A stretch of 63,297 bases of DNA from Anaerolineaceae bacterium UBA5311 (GCA_002411175.1 DHRN01000039.1:1-63297); one strand, 5' to 3'. Shown: positions 8,549 through 18,143, counted from the first letter of the stretch. Numbers and translations: made by a program. The notes: generated from the letters alone by a model not told the origin.

Positions 8549-9412
8549 ATGGAGAAAATGAAAATGAAAAATTTCAAGAGGATGATTTTTACTGGTCTTA
8601 TTATGATACTGGTCCTGGCAGTTGCAGCTGCCTGTGCTCAAACGACTCCAGCCCCTGACGTTGAGGCTCCAAAGGAAACAAGGTTCACCATGGCGGGCTC
8701 CACCACTGTTCAGCCCCTCGCCGAAATTTTAGCCGAAACCTTTATGGCTAATAACGCTGATGTGCGTGTAGATGTCCAGGGTGGTGGTTCCAGTGTTGGT
8801 GTAAAGGCAGCTGGTCAAAAAACCGCGGATATCGGCATGGCTTCCCGTGAAATCAAAGATTCGGAGTTCACTGAATTTCCCAACATCAATGTGATTGTCC
8901 TCGCTCGTGATGGGATCGCCATCGTTACCCATCCTGAAGTCGGAGTTGGCGATCTGACAATTGAACAGATAAAGGGCATTTTCGGTGGGACAATCACCAA
9001 TTGGCGCGAAGTTGGTGGTGAAGATTCCAGCATCATTGTAGTCTCCCGCGAAGAAGGTTCCGGCACCCGTGCGGCATTTGAAGAAATGGTGCTTGGTGAA
9101 GAAGTCCTGATAACCGAAAACGCGATTCTGCAGCCATCCAATGGCTCGATTCGCACCACCGTATCAACCACGACCAATTCGATTGGTTATATCAGCTTTG
9201 GTTACCTCGGTGGCACCATGAAATCGATCCGTGTTGAAGGGGTTGCGCCCACAGAAGCGAATGCTTCCAATGGTACTTACCCTCTCGTCCGCTCACTCAA
9301 TCTGATCACTTTCGGCGAACCCACTGGCGAATTGAAGGTGTTCATCGATTTCATGCTCAGCCCAACAGGGCAGCAAGTTGTTGTCGACGAAGGTTACCTT
9401 CCGGTCAAATAA
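8549..9412 (+). CDS. pstS: Phosphate ABC transporter substrate-binding protein
   Basis: Signal peptide/lipobox-like ...LAVAAACAQ, GSTTVQPL, GSGTRA motifs. The true start may be ATG 8564 (GGAG lies 9 nt upstream). Confidence 0.9.
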   Translation: MEKMKMKNFKRMIFTGLIMILVLAVAAACAQTTPAPDVEAPKETRFTMAGSTTVQPLAEILAETFMANNADVRVDVQGGGSSVGVKAAGQKTADIGMASREIKDSEFTEFPNINVIVLARDGIAIVTHPEVGVGDLTIEQIKGIFGGTITNWREVGGEDSSIIVVSREEGSGTRAAFEEMVLGEEVLITENAILQPSNGSIRTTVSTTTNSIGYISFGYLGGTMKSIRVEGVAPTEANASNGTYPLVRSLNLITFGEPTGELKVFIDFMLSPTGQQVVVDEGYLPVK

Positions 9413-9443
9413 TTGTGACCGATTAATATAGAATATAATAAAA

Positions 9444-9474
9444 AACGCCGCTCACGCAACGGTTGCGCGGCGTT
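9444..9474 (+). promoter_or_regulatory. Intercistronic stem-loop between pstS and pstC
   Basis: aacgccgc (9444-9451) pairs with gcggcgtt (9467-9474), with an inner gcaa/ttgc helix. No downstream U-tract on the + strand. Confidence 0.55.
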
Positions 9475-9480
9475 CAAATT

Positions 9481-10416
9481 ATGAAAATGCCTGGAGGAAA
9501 TTTGAAAGAAAAAAGCGGCAGAATGATCGCGGATCAAACCGTCAAGTACATTCTTTTTATCAGCGCAATTCTTTCAATCATCATCGTTTTGGCTATCGCT
9601 TATTTTATCTTTCGTGAGAGCATCCAGGCATGGAAAGAAATCGGCTTTACAAACATAATTCTGAAGAGCGTCTGGCGCCCCGGGCAAGACCAATATGGCA
9701 TTCTTGCCATGATTGTTGGTTCAATTGCAGTCACGATCGGTGCGATTGTTTTGGGCGTTCCCCTGGCGCTTGGTACGGCTATATTTTTAGGTGAAATTGC
9801 GCCTAAAGGCGTCCAGGCTCTCCTGCGTCCGGCTGTACAGCTGCTTGCAGGCATTCCCTCTGTGGTCTATGGTCTCTTTGGGATGGTTGTGCTGGTCCCC
9901 ATCATTCGGCGGATCAACGTACCCGGTAATTCTGGTTATGGACTTTTAGCTGCTTCAATTGTCCTGGCGGTTATGATTCTTCCGACGATCACCAGCATCG
10001 CCGAAGACGCAATCCGGGCGGTTCCTGATAGCTATCGCTCCGGCTCTCTCGCGTTAGGCGCAACCAAGTGGCAGACGATTACGAAAGTAGTTCTGCCGGC
10101 AGGAAGATCCGGCATTATTGCTGGAATTATCCTTGGAGTCGGGCGCGCTTTGGGAGAAACCATGGCGATGATCATGGTCATTGGCAATTCAGTGAAGTTC
10201 CCAAAGCCTCTCACAGCCAACCCGCTTACTTTTTACCTGTCTAAGGCAAGAACGTTAACCGGCAACATTGCTGTTGAAATCAGCTATGCCACTGGTATCC
10301 ACGAGAGCGCGCTTTTTGCCACCGGTGTAGTTTTGTTTGCCCTGATCATCATTGTCAACGCCAGCGCGAGATGGTTCATAAAGCGACAATCATCTATTCC
10401 GACTACAAGGCAGTAA
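9481..10416 (+). CDS. pstC: Phosphate ABC transporter permease
   Basis: Polytopic permease with the EAA-like loop [30 protein letters not shown] at 9481; the ORF track starts at TTG 9463. Confidence 0.9.
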   Translation: MKMPGGNLKEKSGRMIADQTVKYILFISAILSIIIVLAIAYFIFRESIQAWKEIGFTNIILKSVWRPGQDQYGILAMIVGSIAVTIGAIVLGVPLALGTAIFLGEIAPKGVQALLRPAVQLLAGIPSVVYGLFGMVVLVPIIRRINVPGNSGYGLLAASIVLAVMILPTITSIAEDAIRAVPDSYRSGSLALGATKWQTITKVVLPAGRSGIIAGIILGVGRALGETMAMIMVIGNSVKFPKPLTANPLTFYLSKARTLTGNIAVEISYATGIHESALFATGVVLFALIIIVNASARWFIKRQSSIPTTRQ

Positions 10417-10420
10417 CGAC

Positions 10421-11347
10421 ATGATCAACAACAAGAGCATCTCTACCCTGCATAACGACCCTGAATCTCTAAAAAATCTTAAAATCCGTAGCACAACCCA
10501 AAACGTTTGGTTCTCAATCATGTGGCTGGCAGGCTTGGTAACATTGATAATTTTATTGCTGGTGATTGGCTATGTCATCATCCAGGGCGGCAAAGCGCTT
10601 AGTTGGGAGTTCCTCACTACCCCCCCCCGAGGTGGTCTTTCTGGAGAGGGCGGGATTTCCACAACCCTCGGTACGACAGTTTATCTGGTAGCGCTCACGC
10701 TATTAATTGCCACGCCACTCGGTGTCGGTGCAGCCATTTACCTGATCGAATATGCTGGTGAGCTGGGCTTGACCTCACCAGTTATGCGAGTTTTGATTTC
10801 CATCGCTAACTTTGCCGTTGAAACCCTGGCTGGAATCCCCTCGATCATTTATGGACTTTTTGGATACGCCCTGTTTGTCTCGACGCTACAGTTTGGGTGG
10901 TCACTGTTATCCGCCGCTTTGGCTGGCGCTTGCCTCGTGTTACCCACGATCATCCGCACTACTGAGGAAGCGTTATTAACTGTTCCTGACGACTATCGCC
11001 GCGGCAGCCTGGCGCTTGGTGCCACGAAGTGGCAAACGCTTTATAAAGTGGTCTTGCCGGCAGCTATACCGGGAATCATCACCGGAATCATCCTGAGTGT
11101 CGGGCGGATCATCAGCGAAACCGCCGTTTTCTTTGTCACGCTCGGTGGAAGCCACCGATTGCCCTCCTCGATTATGGATGGCGGTCGCACGCTGGCGCTG
11201 CACCTTTATTATCTTGCCATGGATACCAACGCGTTTGATAAAGCAATGGGTACAGGTGCGGTTCTGGTTATTCTTATTATTCTGATTAACCTTTCAATCA
11301 ACCTAATCTCAGGCAAATTAACCGCAAGAATACGTGGAGGGAAATGA
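10421..11347 (+). CDS. pstA: Phosphate ABC transporter permease
   Basis: [27 protein letters not shown] loop. Follows pstC by 4 nt. Confidence 0.9.
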   Translation: MINNKSISTLHNDPESLKNLKIRSTTQNVWFSIMWLAGLVTLIILLLVIGYVIIQGGKALSWEFLTTPPRGGLSGEGGISTTLGTTVYLVALTLLIATPLGVGAAIYLIEYAGELGLTSPVMRVLISIANFAVETLAGIPSIIYGLFGYALFVSTLQFGWSLLSAALAGACLVLPTIIRTTEEALLTVPDDYRRGSLALGATKWQTLYKVVLPAAIPGIITGIILSVGRIISETAVFFVTLGGSHRLPSSIMDGGRTLALHLYYLAMDTNAFDKAMGTGAVLVILIILINLSINLISGKLTARIRGGK

Positions 11348-12108
11348 ACACCAAATTAGAAACCATTGAATTTAACCTTTATTACGGCGACTTCCACGCG
11401 CTAAAAGATATTTCGGTGAAAATTCCCGAAAAGAGAGTGACCGCCCTGATTGGACCTTCGGGAAGTGGTAAAAGCACATTTTTACGGACTTTCAACCGGA
11501 TGAATGATCTTATCTCCGGTGTCCGTACGCATGGGGATGTCTTGATTGACAATGTCGATTTGTTCAAAATCGATCCGGTTGCTCTTCGACAGAATATCGG
11601 GATGGTTTTTCAAAAACCCAATCCTTTCCCAAAATCGATTTTTGAAAATGTTGCTTACGGTCCCCGGGTGACCGGCTTGCGAGACCATAAAAAACTTGAA
11701 GAAATTGTCGAATCGAGTTTGCGATCCGCTGCCTTGTGGGATGAAGTCAAAGACGACCTCGCGAAATCGGGGCTGGCTTTATCGGGCGGGCAGCAGCAGC
11801 GCCTGTGCATCGCGAGGGCGCTCGCGGTTCAGCCTACTGTAATCCTTATGGACGAGCCGGCTGCCTCGCTCGACCCGATTGCCACTCAGAAAATTGAAGA
11901 TCTCATTCACACCCTCTCCGAAAACTACACCATCGTCATCGTCACCCACAATATGCAGCAGGCTGGTCGGGTCTCGGACTATACCGCCTTCTTTTATACT
12001 GACGATACTCGCACAGGACGGCTGGTCGAGTTTGACGAAACCAAGATAATTTTTACCAACCCCGCAGATAAACGCACAGAAGATTACATCACCGGTCGCT
12101 TTGGTTAA
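11344..12108 (+). CDS. pstB: Phosphate ABC transporter ATP-binding protein
   Basis: Walker [18 protein letters not shown], Walker B ILMDEPAS. ATGA overlap with pstA. Confidence 0.95.
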   Translation: MNTKLETIEFNLYYGDFHALKDISVKIPEKRVTALIGPSGSGKSTFLRTFNRMNDLISGVRTHGDVLIDNVDLFKIDPVALRQNIGMVFQKPNPFPKSIFENVAYGPRVTGLRDHKKLEEIVESSLRSAALWDEVKDDLAKSGLALSGGQQQRLCIARALAVQPTVILMDEPAASLDPIATQKIEDLIHTLSENYTIVIVTHNMQQAGRVSDYTAFFYTDDTRTGRLVEFDETKIIFTNPADKRTEDYITGRFG

Positions 12109-12243
12109 GGCTTTTTGCAAAGAGATTATCAGCCTGAAAACTTATTGGGCAAATGAAAAGAGCAACTTCCTTGTTTTACTCATTGTTGTCAACCGTTGGT
12201 TGACGCAAAAAACCTGATTTTTCTCAGGGTGTATAATACAACT

Positions 12244-13437
12244 ATGAAAATCGGTGTACTGTCATATAGATTTGATTTTTATACAAATCTGCGAAACATA
12301 CTCTACAAACTCCCCGAAGCTGAATATGTGCCGGTCAGAGATTGGTACAGCCTCCTCCGGCGCGCTGCCAACTTCGCCAATCGCCGGCTTGGCAGACCCC
12401 TCTTCCCAACTTTCGACCTCAACAATCAATTTGACGACTTTGAATTTAACAAAGTTGACTTGCTCCATTTCTCCAATGGAATCAGCTTCGGTCGCACTCC
12501 ATGGGTGTCTCATTTTGAGACCATCCTGCCTCGCTTTTCTGAATTGATGACGCGTTACCACGGTCAATTCAGACAGCCACTTCATATGACGCCATTGCTC
12601 CAGAAGGGGTTTGATGCCCTGCTCTCATCTTCCTGTAAACGGATTATTGCCTGGTCGCAGTGCGCCGCGGATATGCAGCGAGATCTGCTCTCAGAGCTCC
12701 CATCCGACACGCGTGACACTATCCTTGATAAAATGATTGTCCTTCATCCACCGCAAGAACTGCTCGTCGAACAACCCCAAAAGAGAGAATACAGTAATTC
12801 GCAACCCATCCGCTTCATCCTGATCGGAGATGCTTTCTTTAGAAAGGGCGGTATCCAGATACTCCACGCCTTTAAAAAATTGGTCAGGGAAGAGAATTTG
12901 CCAGTGAAACTGGTCCTGGTTACTTCTTTCAGACTTGACCATTATGCCGCGCACGAAACTGTGGAAGACCAGTTGCAGGCAAGGCTGGAAGTCGCTGAAA
13001 ATTCTGACTGGATCGAGCATTACCAGGGCTTGCCAAACAGCGATACTTTAGACCTGATCAAAGGCTGCGATGTGGGGCTGCTTCCCACATGGGCGGATAC
13101 CTACGGTCTTTCCGTGCTCGAAACCCAGGCGTGTGGCTGCCCTGTCATCACTACCGACGTGCGTGCTTTGCCCGAGATCAACAACACCGATGTCGGTTGG
13201 CTTATCCGGGTGCCTAAAAACGATTTAGGCGAAGCGCTCTATCATACCCCCGAAGAACGCGAAAAACTATCACAGCAAATTCAGACCGGGCTGGAAGTTA
13301 TCGTTCGAAACATAGCTGCCGACCCATCCGTGATATACCCCAAAGGTCTCGCCGCTCTCGAACGTATTCGGCAAATGCACAATCCCGATTCGTATGCTCA
13401 AAGACTTCGCGAAATTTACCATGAAGCTCTGAACTGA
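12244..13437 (+). CDS. Glycosyltransferase, GT-B fold (GT4-like)
   Basis: C-terminal ...DTYGLSVLETQACGCPVITTDVRALPEI (E-x7-E type). ATG 12244 lies 6 nt after TATAAT 12232-12237; the ORF maximum starts at TTG 12196. Confidence 0.75.
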   Translation: MKIGVLSYRFDFYTNLRNILYKLPEAEYVPVRDWYSLLRRAANFANRRLGRPLFPTFDLNNQFDDFEFNKVDLLHFSNGISFGRTPWVSHFETILPRFSELMTRYHGQFRQPLHMTPLLQKGFDALLSSSCKRIIAWSQCAADMQRDLLSELPSDTRDTILDKMIVLHPPQELLVEQPQKREYSNSQPIRFILIGDAFFRKGGIQILHAFKKLVREENLPVKLVLVTSFRLDHYAAHETVEDQLQARLEVAENSDWIEHYQGLPNSDTLDLIKGCDVGLLPTWADTYGLSVLETQACGCPVITTDVRALPEINNTDVGWLIRVPKNDLGEALYHTPEEREKLSQQIQTGLEVIVRNIAADPSVIYPKGLAALERIRQMHNPDSYAQRLREIYHEALN

Positions 13438-13518
13438 CTTCTTTCTGCCCTCTTACACACTCTTTGATGACAAGGGACTAAAGTATAATAAAAGAAAATC
13501 CCGACCAAGGAGTCTGAT

Positions 13519-14466
13519 ATGATCGTCACAACCAAGAAATTATTCGAACATGCCTATGGAAAATACGCCATCGGTGCCTACAACATCAATAACCTCGAAC
13601 AAATTGTTGGTTTGTTCAGAGGCAACCTGGATTCCCAGGCTCCGTTCATTGTTCAACTGAGCAAAGGTGCCCGCGGTTATACCGACAAAGCCTTCCTCGA
13701 AGGTCTTATCCGTGCCGCGGACGTTGTTTTTCCGGATGCCATTTTTGCGGTCCACCTCGACCACGGCGATGAAGCCACCTGTTACGATTGTATCGAGTCA
13801 GGTTTCTATAGTTCTGTGATGATTGACGCCAGCAGCCATCCCTTTGAAGAAAATATCGCCATCACCAGGCGTGTAGTTGAGGCAGCACACGCTAAAGGGA
13901 TTGTCGTCGAAGCCGAGCTGGGCATGCTCGGCGGTGTGGAAGAACATGTCTCAGTCAGCGAGTCTGACGCGAAACTTACCGACCCTGACCAGGCAAAAGA
14001 ATTCGTCGAGCGCACCGGTTGTGATTCGCTTGCAGTCGCGATTGGCACCAGCCACGGCGCTTTCAAGTTTACCGGCAGCCAATCATTGCACTTTGACGTC
14101 CTCGCGGATATCCAAAAGCGCCTGCCCGGCTTCCCCCTGGTCATGCACGGCTCCAGCTCCGTGCCACAGGAAGAAGTTGAACGCATCAATGCTGCTGGCG
14201 GGAAAATTTCCGGCGCCAAGGGGGTGGATGCCACTCAATTCCGCCGGGCAGCCGAATTGGGCGTTACCAAGATCAACATCGACACCGATGGTCGCCTGGT
14301 CTGGACTCGTGTACATCGTGAGTTCTTTAATGCGCACCCCGAAAAGTTTGACCTGCGCGACCCGGGCAAGATTTTTATGGCGGAATATGCCAAATTCATC
14401 GCCGAAAAGAACGAATATCTCGGCAGCGCCGGTCAACTCCCCGCTGTCCGCGAATTTATCAAATAG
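13519..14466 (+). CDS. fba: Class II fructose-1,6-bisphosphate aldolase
   Basis: VHLDHGDE, GTSHGAFKF, MHGSSSVP motifs. aaggag RBS; TATAAT at 13484-13489. Confidence 0.9.
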   Translation: MIVTTKKLFEHAYGKYAIGAYNINNLEQIVGLFRGNLDSQAPFIVQLSKGARGYTDKAFLEGLIRAADVVFPDAIFAVHLDHGDEATCYDCIESGFYSSVMIDASSHPFEENIAITRRVVEAAHAKGIVVEAELGMLGGVEEHVSVSESDAKLTDPDQAKEFVERTGCDSLAVAIGTSHGAFKFTGSQSLHFDVLADIQKRLPGFPLVMHGSSSVPQEEVERINAAGGKISGAKGVDATQFRRAAELGVTKINIDTDGRLVWTRVHREFFNAHPEKFDLRDPGKIFMAEYAKFIAEKNEYLGSAGQLPAVREFIK

Positions 14467-14506
14467 TTCTCCCTTTTAACAGGGAAAATCTGTACGGTTC
14501 GCTACG

Positions 14507-14564
14507 CCCCAGGCATCATGAGCACGCTCTCCCAAATTGGACGGGCATGATCATGATGCCGGGG
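14507..14564. other. Strong 14-bp stem-loop downstream of fba
   Basis: ccccaggcatcatga (14507-14521) pairs with tcatgatgccgggg (14551-14564) with one bulge and a 29-nt loop. No U-tract on either strand. Confidence 0.5.
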
Positions 14565-14687
14565 TGACATAACGCACTTCGTAAGTGTACTTTGTAAGCA
14601 AGCAGAACAATCGCCCCCTGCGCAAACCAATATCGCGTCGTAATCGTTGTTACTTTTCCTATCAGCTATCGGCTTTGGGCGTTCAAC

Positions 14688-14696
14688 TGATATAAT
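14688..14696 (+). promoter_or_regulatory. Extended -10 promoter element for glnS
   Basis: TGaTATAAT at 14688-14696. caggag RBS at 14711-14716, ATG at 14724. Confidence 0.4.
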
Positions 14697-14723
14697 TCAC
14701 CAACCAACTACAGGAGCAAGAAC

Positions 14724-16403
14724 ATGACAGAAGAGAGCCCAACCAAAACCAACTTTATCCGCGATATCATCGACGAACACAACCGCACCGGTCGGTTTGA
14801 TGGGCGCGTTCACACCCGCTTTCCACCCGAACCCAACGGATACCTGCACATCGGGCATGCCAAGGCGCTGGTGATCGATTTTGGCATCGCCGAAGACTAC
14901 GGTGGGCTCACCAACCTGCGCTATGACGACACCAACCCAGTCAAAGAAGACGTCGAATTCGTTGATGCCATTAAGGAAGACATCCGCTGGCTTGGTTTCG
15001 ACTGGGGCGACCGCGAATTTTACGCCTCCGACTACTTTGAACCGCTCTACGAGATGGCGATCAAACTGATCAACAAAGGAAAAGCCTACGTCGATGAACT
15101 TTCGTTCGACGAGATGCGCCAGTATCGCGGCACACTCACCGAACCCGGAAAAAACAGCCCCTGGCGTGAGCGCCCCATCGCCGAAAATCTGGACCTCTTC
15201 CAGCGTATGCGTGCCGGAGAATTTCCCGATGGCAGCCTGACCCTGCGCGCAAAAATTGACATGACATCGCCCAATATGAACATGCGCGACCCGGTCATGT
15301 ACCGCATCCTCCACGCCGAACACCATCGCACGGGGAACGAATGGTGCATCTATCCGATGTACGACTTCGCCCACGGGCAGTCAGATTCGCTTGAGTGTAT
15401 CACCCATTCAATGTGCAGCCTCGAATACGAAAACCATCGCCCGCTCTACGACTGGTTCCTCGATGAGCTTGAGATCTTCCACCCGCAGCAGATCGAATTT
15501 GCCCGCCTCAACCTGACCCACACGGTCATGTCCAAACGTAAACTACGTAAACTTGTCGAAGAAGGGCACGTCTCCGGCTGGACCGATCCACGCATGCCGA
15601 CCCTCGCCGCCATGCGCCGCCGCGGCTATCCGCCCGGCGCCATCCGCGAATTTATCGAGACTATTGGTGTAGCCAAATCCGATAGCTTTGTCGAGGTTGA
15701 ACTGCTCGAACACATCGTTCGCGACCAGCTCAACCTCACCTCGCCTCGCCGTATGGCTGTGCTCGATCCGCTTAAAGTAGTCATCGACAACTACCCCGCT
15801 GATCAGGAAGAGGAATTCGATGTGCCCGATTTCCCGCATGACCCCGAAAACTCCGACACGCGCAAAGTGCCTTTTGGGCGTGTAATCTACATCGAGCGCA
15901 GCGATTTTGAAGAAACCCCACCGCCCAAATATTTCCGCCTCGCACCTGGACGTGAAGTACGGTTGATGAACGCCTATTACATCACCTGCACCGACCTGGT
16001 CAAAGACCACCAGGGCAACCTGCTGGAAGTCCATTGTACTTACGACCCCGAAACGCGCGGTGGCATGTCGCCTGATGGTCGCAAGGTCAGAGGCACCATC
16101 CATTGGGTCTCCGAAAATCACGCCATTGATGCCGAAATCCGCCTCTATGAACAGATGTTCGCCGATGAACACCCCGAAGACCTGCCCGAGGGCGAAACCT
16201 TCATGGAAAACTTTGACCCCGATTCCAAAAAAGTGCTCATGGCGAAGCTTGAACCTTCGCTGGCAGCGGCAAGGGTTGGCGAAGTCTTCCAGTTTGTGCG
16301 CAACGGCTATTTCACGCTCGACAGTGAAGATTCCGCACCTGGCGCGCTGGTCTTCAACCGCACGATTGGTCTGGTTGACACCTGGGCAAAGATGCATAAA
16401 TAG
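14724..16403 (+). CDS. glnS: Glutamine--tRNA ligase
   Basis: TNFIRDII..., HIGH region [21 protein letters not shown] loop. 559 aa. Confidence 0.95.
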   Translation: MTEESPTKTNFIRDIIDEHNRTGRFDGRVHTRFPPEPNGYLHIGHAKALVIDFGIAEDYGGLTNLRYDDTNPVKEDVEFVDAIKEDIRWLGFDWGDREFYASDYFEPLYEMAIKLINKGKAYVDELSFDEMRQYRGTLTEPGKNSPWRERPIAENLDLFQRMRAGEFPDGSLTLRAKIDMTSPNMNMRDPVMYRILHAEHHRTGNEWCIYPMYDFAHGQSDSLECITHSMCSLEYENHRPLYDWFLDELEIFHPQQIEFARLNLTHTVMSKRKLRKLVEEGHVSGWTDPRMPTLAAMRRRGYPPGAIREFIETIGVAKSDSFVEVELLEHIVRDQLNLTSPRRMAVLDPLKVVIDNYPADQEEEFDVPDFPHDPENSDTRKVPFGRVIYIERSDFEETPPPKYFRLAPGREVRLMNAYYITCTDLVKDHQGNLLEVHCTYDPETRGGMSPDGRKVRGTIHWVSENHAIDAEIRLYEQMFADEHPEDLPEGETFMENFDPDSKKVLMAKLEPSLAAARVGEVFQFVRNGYFTLDSEDSAPGALVFNRTIGLVDTWAKMHK

Positions 16404-16477
16404 CTGATAGCTCCGGTTTGTCCATGCCAGCTGGCAGCTTTTTTCTCTACCTGTTAGCTGTCAGCCATGAGCTAATA

Positions 16478-16486
16478 TGGTAGAAT
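16478..16486 (+). promoter_or_regulatory. Extended -10 promoter element upstream of tRNA-Met
   Basis: TGgTAGAAT at 16478-16486, 12 nt before the tRNA 5' end. Confidence 0.4.
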
Positions 16487-16498
16487 ACTCACCAATCG

Positions 16499-16570
16499 GG
16501 GCCTGTAGCTCAATGGCGGAGCAGGCGGCTCATAACCGCTTGGTTGAAGGTTCGAATCCTTCCGGGCCCA
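16499..16570 (+). tRNA. tRNA-Met (anticodon CAT), elongator-type; the lysidine-modified Ile2 alternative is not excluded
   Basis: Hand-folded cloverleaf: acceptor gggcctg/cgggccc, D arm gctc-aatggcg-gagc, anticodon arm ggcgg-ctCATaa-ccgct, T arm gaagg-ttcgaat-ccttc. No encoded CCA. Confidence 0.85.
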
Positions 16571-16585
16571 TGTTTGATTGATACA

Positions 16586-16616
16586 ACGACCCCTCTGCGG
16601 CGGGGTCGTTTTTCTT
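16586..16616 (+). terminator. Rho-independent terminator after tRNA-Met
   Basis: acgacccc (16586-16593) / ggggtcgt (16602-16609), followed by ttttctt. Confidence 0.65.
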
Positions 16617-16617
16617 A

Positions 16618-16736
16618 TCCCACTTTAGAGGGGCTCTTAGTTCTACCCCCTCTTTAGAGGGGATCGCAGTTTTACCCCCTCTGTAGAGGGGATCGCAGTT
16701 TTACCCCCTCTTTAGAGGGGGGCAGGGGGGTGAGAG
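16618..16736. repeat. Tandem 29-bp repeat, about 4 units, each with a cccctct-tt-agagggg hairpin
   Basis: Units at 16618, 16646, 16675 and 16704. The last ends ...agaggggggcaggggggtgagag, the same module as at 3790-3832. Confidence 0.85.
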
Positions 16737-16812
16737 AATGACAATTATAAGAGTGACATCGAAGGTTGAACGATTTCTACGAGCTGTTTCCTACGAGCTC
16801 TCAGCTTTTGCC

Positions 16813-17940
16813 CTGTCATCCTGAGCCTCTTTTGCGAAGGATCCTGACGCTTCGACCAGATTGACTAATCTACTGAAACGGGTAGATTCTTACGAAGTAC
16901 ACTGTGTGTCACTTCGTTCAGAATGACAGTGCTTATGTCAGAATGACAGTGCTTTTGTCAGAATGAATATTAAAAGAATAAGAAATCAAAAGCAGGCTGC
17001 CGCGCCCCCTTTTCGTAATTCAATAGCTCCTGCTCTTCGGCTAACGGGGGCTCGCAGTGACGGGTCTGTAATCTGTCATTGCGAGCGTAGCGAAGGAATA
17101 TGCCTTTACTCTGTCATCCTGAGCCTCTTTTGCGAAGGATCTTGACATTTCGACCACGATGGCTATTCTGCTGAAACGGTTAGATTCTACACTTCGTTCA
17201 GAACGACAGTCCTCTTGTCAGAATGAATATTTAAAAAAAAGAAATCAAAAGCAGGCTGCCGCGCCCCCTTGTTGTGATTCAATAGCTCCTGCTCTTCGGC
17301 TAACGGGGGCTCGCAGTGATAGGTCTGTAAGCTGTCATTGCGAGCGTAGCGAAGCAATCTGCCTTTAATCTGTCATCCTGAGCCTCTTTTGCGAAGGATC
17401 TTGACGCTTCAACCACGATGGCTATTCTACGCAAGCGTTAAGATTCTTCACTTCGTTCAGAATGACAGTGCTTATGTCAGAATGACAGTGCTTATGTCAG
17501 AATGACAGTGCTCTTGTCAGAATAAAAATAAGAAATCAAAAGCAGGCTGCCGCACCCCCTTTTCGTAATTCAATAGCTCCTGCTATTCGGATAGCGGGGG
17601 CTCGCAGTGACGGGTCTGTAATCTGTCATTTCGAGCGTAGCGAAGCAATCTGCCTTTAATCTGTCATCCTGAGCCTATTTTGCGAAGGATCCTGACGCTT
17701 CAACCACAATGGCTATTCTGCTGAAACGGTTGGATTCTACACTTCGTTCAGAATGACAGTCCTCTTGTCAGAATGAAGAACAAAAGAATAAGAAATCAAA
17801 AGCAGACTGCCGCGCCCCCTTGTTGTGATTCAATAGCTCCTGCTCTTCGGCTAACGGGGGCTCTCAGTGACGGGTCTGTAATCTGTCATTGCGAGCGTAG
17901 CGAAGCAATCTGCCTTTAATCTGTCATCCTGCGCCTCTTT
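16813..17940. repeat. Higher-order tandem array: four full 259-298-bp units (A-B-A-B) plus a truncated fifth
   Basis: Unit starts (ctgtcatcctgagcc) at 16813, 17111, 17370, 17661 and 17921. A and B subtypes alternate. An internal 20-bp minisatellite gtcagaatgacagtgcttat occurs in about 2/1/3/1 copies. Confidence 0.9.
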
Positions 17941-18143
17941 TGGGGCGGCAACGGGGTGAGGATTCTTCTTTTTTACTTCCCACTTCCTGTTCCATGCGAA
18001 TGGCTACATTTGTGAAAATTGCCAAGTGCAAAGGTTAAACAAAACATATAATTACATGTTGGCACTCGTATAATAGAAGCACGTTCAAATAATAACAAAA
18101 CGATAATGGACGTCAGAGGAAATTTCCAGGAGTGTCAGAGTAT

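Noticed and set aside
14467-14723. T-box or other leader regulating glnS
   Set aside because: No specifier-loop/T-box consensus is recognisable. The predicted promoter (14688-14696) lies downstream of the hairpin and leaves only a leader of about 20 nt.
16499-16570. Initiator tRNA-fMet
   Set aside because: Positions 1-72 form a normal G-C pair, and the anticodon stem (ggcgg/ccgct) lacks the three consecutive G-C pairs typical of initiators.
16963-17368. ORFs 16963..17145 and 17159..17368 (and the similar 3849..4031) sharing ...NQKQAAAPP...LTGARSD...CERSE...
   Set aside because: The shared peptide is simply a translation of the repeat modules. Unit lengths break the frame, there is no start context, and the composition is low-complexity.
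16618-17940. Possible CRISPR array (regular repeats next to a tRNA)
   Set aside because: Units are 259-298 bp (or 29 bp head-to-tail) and contain no unique spacers between short identical repeats. No cas genes are in the window.
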